Source: a virus
Lineage: Duplodnaviria > Heunggongvirae > Uroviricota > Caudoviricetes
Reading direction: 5' to 3' (one strand)
IMG/VR virus record: IMGVR_UViG_2671180456_000007
Span: 1 to 33,775 of that record
Length of the DNA stretch: 33,775 nucleotides
Part shown: positions 1 through 8,275 of the stretch, in pieces
How positions within the stretch are numbered: position 1 is the stretch's first letter
Layout: every line of letters starts with the position of its first letter
Made by a program: the position numbers and the translations under genes
Notes under the pieces: model-generated
Database searches by the model: none
What the model was told of the DNA's origin: nothing
Seen by the model: only the letters and a program-made list of their open reading frames with translations

Positions 1-122
1 GGACAATCCAAATGGCGAATTACCGTCTTATATCACTGGCGCTGACATCTCCGGATGACGGGGGCAGCTGTTATCTCTGGCTCAACCGTGGGCAACCACC
101 CGCAGTTAACCGGCGACGATAA
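1..122 (+). CDS. Head-tail joining protein FII-like, C-terminal fragment (5' end lies outside the window)
   Basis: Open frame from position 3 to TAA at 120-122; translation ends ...SPDDGGSCYLWLNRGQPPAVNRRR, which resembles the C-terminus of lambda gpFII as I recall it; sits immediately upstream of Z. Confidence 0.55.
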   Translation, partial: TIQMANYRLISLALTSPDDGGSCYLWLNRGQPPAVNRRR

Positions 123-136
123 ACGCAGGGTGAATT

Positions 137-712
137 ATGGCGATAAAAGGGCTTGATCAGGCGATTGACAATCTGAGCCGGGTTCGTAAAAACGCCATTC
201 CGGCTGCTTCTGCAATGACCATTAACCGCGTGGCCACAACGGCGATTAATCAGTCTTCGTCACAGGTTGCCCGGGAAACCAGGGTGAGACGGAAACTGGT
301 AAAGGAACGGTCCAGACTGAAACGGGCGACGGTCAGAAATCCGAATGCCAGAATTATCGTTAACCGCGGTGATCTCCCTGTGATTAAGCTGGGGATCAGA
401 ATGCTGGGGCGTCGTCCGAACAGCATACTCAAAGCCGGTCAGCATCGTTATCAGCGGGCATTTATCCAGCGATTAAATAATGGGCGCTGGCATGTTATGC
501 AACGTCTTCCCCAGGCCAGATATGAGGAGGGCAATGACGACAAGGGAAGGAAAAAGCGTAATCGCCTTCCCATTCAGGTGGTGAAAATCCCGATGGCGGC
601 CCCACTGAAACAGGCATTTGATGAGAATGTTGACCGTATCCGGCGTGAACGCCTGCCTAAAGAACTGGCATACGCGCTGAAACAACAACTGAGGATTGCG
701 ATAAAACGATGA
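137..712 (+). CDS. Z: Minor tail protein Z (tail completion)
   Basis: 191-aa ORF, N-terminus MAIKGLDQAIDNLSR... and C-terminus ...[23 protein letters not shown] resemble lambda gpZ; stop overlaps the next start (ATGA). Confidence 0.85.
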   Translation: MAIKGLDQAIDNLSRVRKNAIPAASAMTINRVATTAINQSSSQVARETRVRRKLVKERSRLKRATVRNPNARIIVNRGDLPVIKLGIRMLGRRPNSILKAGQHRYQRAFIQRLNNGRWHVMQRLPQARYEEGNDDKGRKKRNRLPIQVVKIPMAAPLKQAFDENVDRIRRERLPKELAYALKQQLRIAIKR

Positions 713-1104
713 AACACACTGACATTCGTGCCGCAGTGCTGGATGCACTCGAGCAGCATGAACACGGGGCGACGCTGTTTGATGGTCGCCCCGTTGTTTT
801 TGACGAAGAGGATTTTCCTGCGATCGCGGTTTATCTGACGGATGCAGAGTATACCGGTGAAGAGCTGGATGCAGATACCTGGCGGGCCACACTGCATATT
901 GAGGTGTTTTTACCGGCACAGGTACCTGATTCGGAGCTCGATCAGTGGATGGAAAGCCGGATTTATCCGGCGATGACTGCGATCCCTGCACTGGCAGGAC
1001 TGATTACCACGATGGTTACGCAGGGCTATGAGTATCGTCGTGATGACGATATGGCGTTATGGAGCTCTGCGGATCTGACTTATTCCATTACATACGAGAT
1101 GTGA
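709..1104 (+). CDS. U: Tail terminator protein U
   Basis: 131-aa ORF (lambda gpU is 131 aa); [17 protein letters not shown]...[11 protein letters not shown] is lambda gpU-like; translationally coupled to Z. Confidence 0.85.
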   Translation: MKHTDIRAAVLDALEQHEHGATLFDGRPVVFDEEDFPAIAVYLTDAEYTGEELDADTWRATLHIEVFLPAQVPDSELDQWMESRIYPAMTAIPALAGLITTMVTQGYEYRRDDDMALWSSADLTYSITYEM

Positions 1105-1111
1105 GGACGAT

Positions 1112-1864
1112 ATGGCAACACCAAATCCCCTGGAGCCGGTAAAAGGTGCCGGTACCACTCTGTGGGTTTACAACGGCAAGGCTGATGCTTATGCAAACCC
1201 GTTGTCAGACGATGACTGGCAGCGACTGGCTAAGGTGAAGGATCTGACGCCGGGCGAGATGACGGCTGAATCCTATGATGATAACTACCTGGATGATGAA
1301 GACGCGGACTGGAGCGCGACCGGGCAGGGGCAGAAATCTGCAGGTGATACCAGTTTTACGCTGGCCTGGAAACCGGGAGAGGAAGGCCAGAAAGGGCTTA
1401 TAGGCTGGTTTGAAAGCGGCGATGTCCGGGCCTATAAAATCCGTTTTCCGAATGGCACGGTGGATGTGTTTCGTGGCTGGGTCAGCAGTATCGGTAAGGC
1501 CGTGACGGCGAAAGAAGTGATCACCCGCACGGTGAAAGTCACTAACGTGGGTAAACCTTCTGTAGCGGAAGAACGCAGCAAAATTACGCCGGTCAGTGCG
1601 ATTAAGGTGACGCCGACATCCGGTACGGTGGCAAAAGGGAAAACAACCACCCTGACGGTTTCTTTTGAGCCGGAAAGTGCAACCGACAAGACGTTCAGAG
1701 CGGTTTCCGCCGATCCGTCGAAAGCCACCATTAGTGTGAAAGATATGACAATTACGGTAAACGGCGTGGCGACAGGTAAGGTGCAGATCCCTGTGGTGAG
1801 CGGAAATGGTCAGTTCGCCGCAGTGGCTGAAGTCACCGTTACTGAAGCGGGCGCTGCAGGGTAA
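1112..1864 (+). CDS. V: Major tail tube protein V with C-terminal Ig-like domain
   Basis: 250-aa ORF; [15 protein letters not shown]...[41 protein letters not shown] is lambda gpV-like; RBS GAGGA upstream. Confidence 0.9.
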   Translation: MATPNPLEPVKGAGTTLWVYNGKADAYANPLSDDDWQRLAKVKDLTPGEMTAESYDDNYLDDEDADWSATGQGQKSAGDTSFTLAWKPGEEGQKGLIGWFESGDVRAYKIRFPNGTVDVFRGWVSSIGKAVTAKEVITRTVKVTNVGKPSVAEERSKITPVSAIKVTPTSGTVAKGKTTTLTVSFEPESATDKTFRAVSADPSKATISVKDMTITVNGVATGKVQIPVVSGNGQFAAVAEVTVTEAGAAG

Positions 1865-1877
1865 ACGGAGGTAATAC

Positions 1878-2309
1878 ATGTTTCTGAAAACAGAACAATT
1901 TGAATATAACGGTGTGTCTGTCACGCTTTCCGAATTGTCTGCGCTGCAGCGTATCGAGCATCTTGCCCTCCTGAAACGGCGTGCAGAACAGGCAGAATCC
2001 AGCGGCAACCTGCAGGTAAGCGTGGAAGATCTCGTCAGAACCGGCGCGTTTCTGGTGGCGATGTCCCTGTGGCATAACCATCCACAGAAAACGCAGTCAC
2101 CGTCAATGAATGAGGCCGTGATGAAGATAGAGCAGGAAGTGCTCACCACCTGGCCTGCCGATGCCATTGCCCGGGCGGAAGACGTGGTGTTGTGCCTGTC
2201 CGGGATGATCGAAGCTGTTCGTCCGGATACTGATATTACTGAAGTGGCGAAAAATAACACGCTGACTGATGATGATTTTTCTGCGGGAAAGTCTTCGACG
2301 GCGAGCTGA
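1878..2309 (+). CDS. G: Tail assembly chaperone G
   Basis: 143-aa ORF directly after V; ends ...DDDFSAGKSSTAS and contains the GGGAAAG slip site near its 3' end, as in lambda G. Confidence 0.85.
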   Translation: MFLKTEQFEYNGVSVTLSELSALQRIEHLALLKRRAEQAESSGNLQVSVEDLVRTGAFLVAMSLWHNHPQKTQSPSMNEAVMKIEQEVLTTWPADAIARAEDVVLCLSGMIEAVRPDTDITEVAKNNTLTDDDFSAGKSSTAS

Positions 2310-2749
2310 ACTTTGCCCTCAGACTGGCGCGTGAGATGGGGAGACCCGACTGGCGCGCCATGCTTGCCGGGATGACATCCACCGAATATGCCGACTGGCG
2401 CCGTTTTTACCGCACGCATTATTTTCAGGATACCCAGCTGGATATGCATTTTTCCGGGCTGACGTACGCTGTACTCAGCCTGTTTTTTTGCGATCCGGAT
2501 ATGCATCCCTCTGATTTCAGCCTGCTTGTCCCCCGGCATGAGGAAGAGCAGGTGGAGAGGCCGGATGAGGACAAAATGCTGATGCAGAAAGCGGCAGGAC
2601 TTGCCGGAGGCGTCCGGTTCGGTGGGGACGGAGGGCGCGATATTTTATCGTCTGCGGATGTGGCGGATGTCATGGTGGATGATGCCGCATTAATGATGGC
2701 TTCAGCGGGGATTCCGGGAGGTGTGAGATATGTCCCAGCCGGTTGGTGA
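1878..2749 (+). CDS. T: Tail assembly chaperone G-T fusion made by programmed -1 frameshift at 2285-2291
   Basis: The -1 frame is open from the slip site (GGG AAA GTC TTC GAC ...) through the ORF ending at 2749; lambda-like gene T sequence (RPDWRAMLAGMTSTEYADWRRFY...). Confidence 0.75.
2285..2291 (+). other. Programmed -1 ribosomal frameshift slippery heptamer G GGA AAG
   Basis: Heptamer GGGAAAG in the X XXY YYZ register of gene G (codons GCG GGA AAG), identical to the lambda G/GT slip site. Confidence 0.8.
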
Positions 2750-5303
2750 TCTTGTTATTGACCTGAGTCTGGATGCTGTCCGTTTCGATGAGCAGATGAG
2801 CCGGGTAAGGCGTCATTTTTCAGGTCTGGATACCGACGCCAGAAAAACCGCCAGTGCTGTTGAACAGGGCCTGAGCCGCCAGGCGCTGGCTGCACAAAAA
2901 GCCGGGATTTCCGTCGGGCAGTATAAAGCGGCCATGCGAACCCTGCCCGCACAGTTTACGGATATCGCCACGCAGCTTGCCGGTGGTCAGAATCCCTGGC
3001 TGATCCTGCTGCAACAGGGCGGTCAGGTGAAGGACTCCTTCGGCGGGATGATCCCCATGTTCAGGGGGCTTGCCGATGCGATCACCCTGCCGATGGTCGG
3101 GGTCACCTCGCTGGCGGTGGCGACAGGTGCACTGGTGTACGCCTGGTACCAGGGAGATTCCACGCTTTCAGCGTTTAATAAAACCCTGGTTCTTTCCGGT
3201 AATCAGTCCGGACTGACTGCCGATCGTATGCTGACTCTCTCAAGAGCCGGGCAGGCAGCAGGGCTGACGTTTAACCAGGCGAGAGAGTCACTGGCAGCCC
3301 TGGTGAATGCCGGTGTGCGTGGTGGTGAACAGTTTGATGCCATCAACCAGAGTGTCGCGCGTTTTGCGTCTGCATCCGGTGTGGAGGTGGATAAAGTCGC
3401 TGAAGCCTTCGGGAAGCTGACCACTGACCCGACGTCGGGACTGATGGCGATGGCGCGCCAGTTCCGTAACGTGACGGCAGAGCAGATTGCGTATGTTGCA
3501 CAGCTGCAGCGTTCCGGAGACGAGGCCGGGGCATTGCAGGCGGCGAACGATATCGCCACGAAAGGCTTTGATGAGCAGACCCGTCGCCTGAAAGAAAACA
3601 TGGGAACACTGGAGACCTGGGCGGATAAAACAGGGAAGGCATTCAAATCGATGTGGGATGCCATTCTGGATATCGGTCGTCCGGAATCCTCAGCGGATAT
3701 GCTCGCCAGTGCGCAGAAGGCATTTGATGAGGCGGATAAAAAATGGCAGTGGTACCAGAGTCGGAGCCAGCGCCGCGGTAAAACCTCCTCTTTCCGGGCC
3801 AACCTTCAGGGCGCATGGGATGACCGGGAAAATGCCCGTCTGGGTCTGGCAGCGGCAACGCTGCAGTCGGATATGGAAAAAGCCGGTGAACTGGCGGCAA
3901 GGGACAGGGCTGAGCGTGAGTCGTCACAGCTGAAGTATACCGGAGAGGCGCAGAAGGCGTATGAGCGCCTGCTGACGCCACTGGAGAAATATACCGCCCG
4001 GCAGGAAGAGCTGAATAAGGCCCTGAAAGACGGGAAAATCCTGCAGGCGGATTACAACACGCTGATGGCGTCGGCAAAAAAGGATTATGAGTCGACGCAG
4101 AAAAAGCCGTCCGGTGTGAAGGTGTCTGCCGGTGAGCGCCAGGAAGACCAGGCGCATGCAGCCCTGCTGGCGCTTGAAACTGAGCTCAGGACGCTGGAGA
4201 AGCACAGCGGTGCGAATGAAAAAATCAGCCAGCAGCGCCGTGATTTATGGAAAGCGGAAAATCAGTATGTGGTCCTGAAAGAGGCCGCCACGAAACGGCA
4301 GTTATCTGAGCAGGAAAAATCCCTGCTGGCCCATGAGAAAGAAACGCTGGAGTACAAACGCCAGCTGGCTGAGCTGGGCGACAAGATTGAACACCAGAAA
4401 CGGCTGAATGAGCTGGCACAGCAGGCGGCGCGGTTTGAACAGCAGCAGAGCGCGAAGCAGGCGGCAATCAGCGCAAAAGCCCGCGGACTCACCGACCGTC
4501 AGGCGCAGCGGGAGTCGGAAGAGCAGCGCCTTCGTGAGGTGTACGGTGATAATCCGGCTGCGCTGGCGAAGGCCACATCTGCACTGAAGAACACCTGGTC
4601 TGCGGAGGAGCAGCTTCGTGGAAGCTGGATGGCCGGGATGAAGTCCGGCTGGGGCGAGTGGGCGGAAAGTGCGACGGACAGTTTTTCGCAGGTTAAAAAC
4701 GCGGCCACGCAGACCTTTGACGGTATTGCACAGAATATGGCAGCGATGCTGATCGGCAGCGAACAGAACTGGCGTGGTTTCACCCGTTCTGTGCTGTCCA
4801 TGCTGACAGAGATTTTTCTGAAGCAGGCGATGGTGGGGATAGTCGGGAGTATCGGCAGCGCCATTGGCGGTGCTTTCGGTGGTGGTGCGTCTGCCTCCAC
4901 GGGGACGGCCATTCAGGCTGCGGCGGCGAACTTCCATTTCGCGACCGGGGGATTTACGGGGACGGGGGGTAAATATGAACCTGCGGGGATTGTTCATCGC
5001 GGGGAGTTTGTCTTCACGAAGGAGGCGACCAGCCGGATTGGTGTCGGCAATCTGTACCGCCTGATGCGGGGCTATGCGGAAGGTGGTTATGTCGGCGGTG
5101 CCGGAAGTCCGGCGCAGATGCGGCGGGCGGAAGGCATTAATTTTAATCAGAACAATCACGTGGTGATTCAGAACGACGGCCCCAACGGGCGGGCAGGGCC
5201 GCAGCTGATGAAAGCGGTGTATGAGATGGCCCGCAAGGGGGCACAGGATGAACTCCGGCTGCAGTTGCGTGATGGCGGTATGTTATCAGGGAGCGGTGGA
5301 TGA
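2730..5303 (+). CDS. H: Tail tape measure protein H
   Basis: 857-aa ORF (lambda gpH is about 853 aa); lambda-like N-terminus MSQPVGDLVIDLSLDAVRFDEQMSRVRRHF and C-terminus; coiled-coil-rich middle. Confidence 0.9.
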   Translation: MSQPVGDLVIDLSLDAVRFDEQMSRVRRHFSGLDTDARKTASAVEQGLSRQALAAQKAGISVGQYKAAMRTLPAQFTDIATQLAGGQNPWLILLQQGGQVKDSFGGMIPMFRGLADAITLPMVGVTSLAVATGALVYAWYQGDSTLSAFNKTLVLSGNQSGLTADRMLTLSRAGQAAGLTFNQARESLAALVNAGVRGGEQFDAINQSVARFASASGVEVDKVAEAFGKLTTDPTSGLMAMARQFRNVTAEQIAYVAQLQRSGDEAGALQAANDIATKGFDEQTRRLKENMGTLETWADKTGKAFKSMWDAILDIGRPESSADMLASAQKAFDEADKKWQWYQSRSQRRGKTSSFRANLQGAWDDRENARLGLAAATLQSDMEKAGELAARDRAERESSQLKYTGEAQKAYERLLTPLEKYTARQEELNKALKDGKILQADYNTLMASAKKDYESTQKKPSGVKVSAGERQEDQAHAALLALETELRTLEKHSGANEKISQQRRDLWKAENQYVVLKEAATKRQLSEQEKSLLAHEKETLEYKRQLAELGDKIEHQKRLNELAQQAARFEQQQSAKQAAISAKARGLTDRQAQRESEEQRLREVYGDNPAALAKATSALKNTWSAEEQLRGSWMAGMKSGWGEWAESATDSFSQVKNAATQTFDGIAQNMAAMLIGSEQNWRGFTRSVLSMLTEIFLKQAMVGIVGSIGSAIGGAFGGGASASTGTAIQAAAANFHFATGGFTGTGGKYEPAGIVHRGEFVFTKEATSRIGVGNLYRLMRGYAEGGYVGGAGSPAQMRRAEGINFNQNNHVVIQNDGPNGRAGPQLMKAVYEMARKGAQDELRLQLRDGGMLSGSGG

Positions 5304-5629
5304 AAACCTTTCGCTGGAAAGTGAAGCCGGATATGGAGGTGAACTCGCAGCCATCGGTGCGTGAAGTGCGTTTTGGTGACGGGTACTCACAGCGTATGGC
5401 GGCAGGGCTGAATGCTGACCTGAAAACATACAGGGTGACGCTTTCCGTGACCCGGGAGGAGGCCCAGCATCTGGAAGCGTTCCTGGCAGAGCACGGTGGC
5501 TGGAAGGCATTTTTGTGGAAGCCACCCTATGCATACCGGCAGATAAAGGTGACCTGTGCCGGGTGGTCTGCGCGGGTCGGGATGTTGCGCGTTGAGTTCA
5601 GCGCGGAGTTTAAGCAGGTGGTGAACTGA
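5300..5629 (+). CDS. M: Minor tail protein M
   Basis: 109-aa ORF (lambda gpM is 109 aa), ATGA overlap with H; lambda-like sequence. Confidence 0.85.
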   Translation: MKTFRWKVKPDMEVNSQPSVREVRFGDGYSQRMAAGLNADLKTYRVTLSVTREEAQHLEAFLAEHGGWKAFLWKPPYAYRQIKVTCAGWSARVGMLRVEFSAEFKQVVN

Positions 5630-6327
5630 TGCAGGATATTCGCGAAGAAAGTCTGAACGAGTCGGTTAAGTCAGAGCAGTCACCGCGGGTGGTACTCTGG
5701 GAAATCGACCTGACGGTACAGGGTGGTGAGCGGTATTTTTTCTGTAATGAGCTGAATGAAAAAGGGGAGCCGGTCACCTGGCAGGGGCGTAAGTATGAGG
5801 CATACCCGATTGACGGCAGCGGCTTTGAGATGAACGGCCGGGGCAGCAGTGCCAGACCGTCGCTGACGGTGTCCAATCTGTTCGGTCTGGTCACCGGGAT
5901 GGCGGAAGACCTGCAGAGTCTGGTGGGGGCCACGGTGGTCCGCCGCCGGGTGTATGCCCGTTTTCTGGATGCGGTGAATTTCGTTGCGGGCAATCCGGAG
6001 GCGGACCCGGAGCAGGAGCTGAGTGACCGCTGGGTGGTGGAGCAGATGTCGCAGCTGACAGCCATGACGGCCTCGTTTGTGCTGGCTACACCGACCGAGA
6101 CGGACGGGGCGCTGTTTCCCGGTCGCATCATGCTGGCGAACACCTGTATGTGGGATTACCGGGGAGATGAATGCGGGTATAACGGTCCTGCGGTGGCGGA
6201 TGAGTTCGACAACCCCACCACGGATATCCGTAAGGACAGATGCAGCAAGTGCATGCGCGGGTGTGAACTGCGCAGGAATGTCGGCAATTTTGGCGGTTTC
6301 CTTTCCATTAATAAACTTTCGCAGTAA
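5629..6327 (+). CDS. L: Minor tail protein L (C-terminal cysteine cluster)
   Basis: 232-aa ORF (lambda gpL is 232 aa); C-terminal motif CMWDYRGDECGY...CSKCMRGC consistent with the Fe-S-binding cysteines of gpL. Confidence 0.85.
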   Translation: MQDIREESLNESVKSEQSPRVVLWEIDLTVQGGERYFFCNELNEKGEPVTWQGRKYEAYPIDGSGFEMNGRGSSARPSLTVSNLFGLVTGMAEDLQSLVGATVVRRRVYARFLDAVNFVAGNPEADPEQELSDRWVVEQMSQLTAMTASFVLATPTETDGALFPGRIMLANTCMWDYRGDECGYNGPAVADEFDNPTTDIRKDRCSKCMRGCELRRNVGNFGGFLSINKLSQ

Positions 6328-6337
6328 ATCCCGGTTT

Positions 6338-7081
6338 ATGACACAGACTGAATCAGCGATTCTGGCACATGCCCGGCGGTGTGCGCCTGCGGAGTCGTGC
6401 GGCTTCGTGATAAGCACGCCGGAGGGGGAGCGGTATATCCCTTGTGTGAATATTTCCGCAGAGCCGGAGGCGTATTTTCGTATCGCACCGGAAGACTGGC
6501 TGCGGGCAGAGATGCAGGGGGAGATTGTGGCACTGGTCCACAGTCATCCCGGTGGGCTGCCCTGGCTGAGCGAGGCTGACCGGCGGTTGCAGATAAAAAG
6601 CGCACTGCCCTGGTGGTTGGTCTGCCGGGGTGACATTCACAAATTCCGCTGTGTGCCACATCTGACAGGACGGCGCTTTGAGCACGGGGTGACGGACTGT
6701 TACACGCTGTTCCGGGATGCTTATCATCTGGCGGGGACTGAAATGCCGGATTTTCATCGCGAGGATGACTGGTGGCGCAACGGTCAGAACCTTTACCTGG
6801 ACAATATGGCGGTCACCGGCTTTTACCGGGTGCCCCTGTCCTCTGCACAGGCGGGCGATATTCTGCTGTGCTGCTTTGGTGCTTCGGTACCGAACCATGC
6901 CGCCATTTACTGCGGCAACGGTGAGCTGCTTCACCATCTGCCTGAACAACTGAGTAAACGGGAGAGGTATTCCGAAAAATGGCAACGACGAACGCATTCA
7001 GTCTGGCGTCACCGCCACTGGCACGCATCTGCCTTCACGGGGATTTACAACGATTTGGCCGCCGCCTCAGCCTGTATGTGA
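6338..7081 (+). CDS. K: Tail tip assembly protein K (JAB/MPN plus NlpC/P60-like domains)
   Basis: ATG at 6338 follows the L stop; protein MTQTESAILAHARRCAPAESCGFV... has a JAMM-like motif HSHPGG...SEAD and an NlpC/P60-like Cys/His region (DCYTLFRDAYH). The ORF-finder start at 6077 is an upstream extension overlapping L; the 3' end overlaps gene I by about 100 nt. Confidence 0.75.
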   Translation: MTQTESAILAHARRCAPAESCGFVISTPEGERYIPCVNISAEPEAYFRIAPEDWLRAEMQGEIVALVHSHPGGLPWLSEADRRLQIKSALPWWLVCRGDIHKFRCVPHLTGRRFEHGVTDCYTLFRDAYHLAGTEMPDFHREDDWWRNGQNLYLDNMAVTGFYRVPLSSAQAGDILLCCFGASVPNHAAIYCGNGELLHHLPEQLSKRERYSEKWQRRTHSVWRHRHWHASAFTGIYNDLAAASACM

Positions 7082-7659
7082 ACACGGCAGCGGAAGCCAT
7101 TCGCGCCCTGTCGATGCAGATGCCGGGCTTTCGCCGTCAGATGAACGAAGGCTGGTACCAGATACGTATTGCCGGTTATGACACGGCACCGGAGGCGGTG
7201 TACGCCCGTCTTCACGAACAGCTGGGTGAGGGAACGGTCATCCACATTGTGCCGCGACTGGCCGGGGCCGGAAAGGGTGGACTGCAGATTGTGCTGGGGG
7301 CGGCAGCCATCGTGGGCTCTTTCTTCACTGCCGGGGCATCAATGGCGTTATGGGGTTCAGCCCTGGCAGCCGGTGGTTTTTCTGCCACCACGATGCTGTT
7401 TTCACTTGGAGCCAGCATGATTCTGGGCGGTGTGGCCCAGATGCTGGCCCCGAAGGCAAAAACACCGGATTACCGCGCAACGGATAACGGCAGACAGAAC
7501 ACGTACTTTTCCTCACTGGATAACATGATTGCCCAGGGGAACCCGATGCCGGTGCCTTACGGGGAAATGCTGGTTGGCTCCCGCCGTATATCCCAGGACA
7601 TCAGCACCCGTGATGAAGGCGGGGGCGGAAAGGTCGTGGTTATCGGGCGGCAGGGGTAA
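6979..7659 (+). CDS. I: Tail tip assembly protein I
   Basis: 226-aa ORF; ...ARICLHGDLQRFGRR...YQIRIAGYDT...GNPMPVPYGEMLVGSRRISQDISTRDEGGGGKVVVIGRQG is lambda gpI-like. Confidence 0.8.
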   Translation: MATTNAFSLASPPLARICLHGDLQRFGRRLSLYVNTAAEAIRALSMQMPGFRRQMNEGWYQIRIAGYDTAPEAVYARLHEQLGEGTVIHIVPRLAGAGKGGLQIVLGAAAIVGSFFTAGASMALWGSALAAGGFSATTMLFSLGASMILGGVAQMLAPKAKTPDYRATDNGRQNTYFSSLDNMIAQGNPMPVPYGEMLVGSRRISQDISTRDEGGGGKVVVIGRQG

Positions 7660-7666
7660 AAAGAAT

Positions 7667-7705
7667 AAAAAAATCCCGCAGTGATCGCGGACAGGAACTG
7701 CGGGA
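7667..7705 (-). terminator. Intrinsic terminator on the minus strand (8-bp stem TCCCGCAG/CTGCGGGA followed by a U7 tract on the minus-strand RNA)
   Basis: Plus-strand sequence AAAAAAA TCCCGCAG ...16 nt... CTGCGGGA; read on the minus strand this is a stem-loop followed by TTTTTTTATTCTTTTT. The 16-nt loop is large for a terminator. Confidence 0.5.
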
Positions 7706-7763
7706 GAGTTACGAAGATTAAGTGTAAGGAATTATTCTTATATCACGACAAAAAAATTAACGC
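7667..7763 (-). ncRNA. Candidate ~95-nt noncoding RNA from a moron in the I-J spacer
   Basis: Predicted transcript between the minus-strand sigma70-like promoter (7770-7798) and the minus-strand terminator (7667-7705); no ATG-initiated ORF inside. Confidence 0.35.
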
Positions 7764-7769
7764 AGAGAA

Positions 7770-7798
7770 ATTATACGCGCCACAGTCAGTTTGTGAAA
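7770..7798 (-). promoter_or_regulatory. Sigma70-like promoter on the minus strand: TTCACA, 17-nt spacer, TATAAT
   Basis: Minus-strand -35 TTCACA (plus 7793-7798) and -10 TATAAT (plus 7770-7775) with a 17-nt spacer; A/T-rich UP-like sequence upstream on the minus strand. Confidence 0.5.
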
Positions 7799-7872
7799 AT
7801 GTGAAGATATTCAGAATTTTTATGCCATTACCGGTTTTAACCAACAGGATTATCGGTGGGCATGAAAGAAAA

Positions 7873-7905
7873 CCCCGGTATCTGCTGATACCGGGGTTTC
7901 TCTTT
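7873..7905. terminator. Bidirectional intrinsic terminator hairpin (10-bp stem CCCCGGTATC/GATACCGGGG, loop TGCT) flanked by T-rich tracts on both strands
   Basis: Perfect 10-bp inverted repeat with a 4-nt loop; TTTCTCTTT follows on the plus strand and TTTTCTTTC on the minus strand. Confidence 0.55.
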
Positions 7906-8275
7906 AGCATGGCAGAAATGTGTTTCATGCTTTTCGGGCGAAGGATATCCGACTTCTGTACGGAATGGCAAGTGGCGGTTAATTTATTCAGGGGAAGGCT
8001 GTATGGGAAAAGGTGGCGGTAAGGCACACACGCCTCGTGAGGCGAAGGATAATCTCAAATCCACGCAGATGATGAGCGTGATTGATGCGATTGGTGAGGG
8101 ACTGATAGAAGGTCCGGTGAAGGGACTGCAGAGTATCCTGGTGAACAAAACCCCGCTGACGGACACGGACGGTAATCCCGTGATACACGGTGTGACGGCG
8201 GTCTGACGCGCCGGGGAGCAGGAGCAGACACCACCGGAAGGCTTTGAGTCCTCCGGTGCTGAAACCGGACTGGGC

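Noticed and set aside
1205-2539. 444-aa ORF on the minus strand across V, G and T
   Set aside because: Shadow ORF antisense to well-supported tail genes; Arg/Cys-rich low-complexity translation typical of the reverse frame of GC-rich coding DNA.
4302-5159. 285-aa minus-strand ORF inside the tape measure gene
   Set aside because: Antisense to gene H with an Arg/Leu-rich composition; no independent start or RBS context.
6077-6337. Upstream extension of the K ORF, starting at 6077
   Set aside because: Overlaps the 3' end of gene L in another frame; the lambda-like K sequence begins at the ATG at 6338.
7681-8027. ORFs of 113 aa (+) and 94 aa (-) in the I-J spacer
   Set aside because: Both run through the perfect 10-bp terminator hairpin and have no convincing RBS; the region is better explained by promoter and terminator signals for a noncoding transcript.
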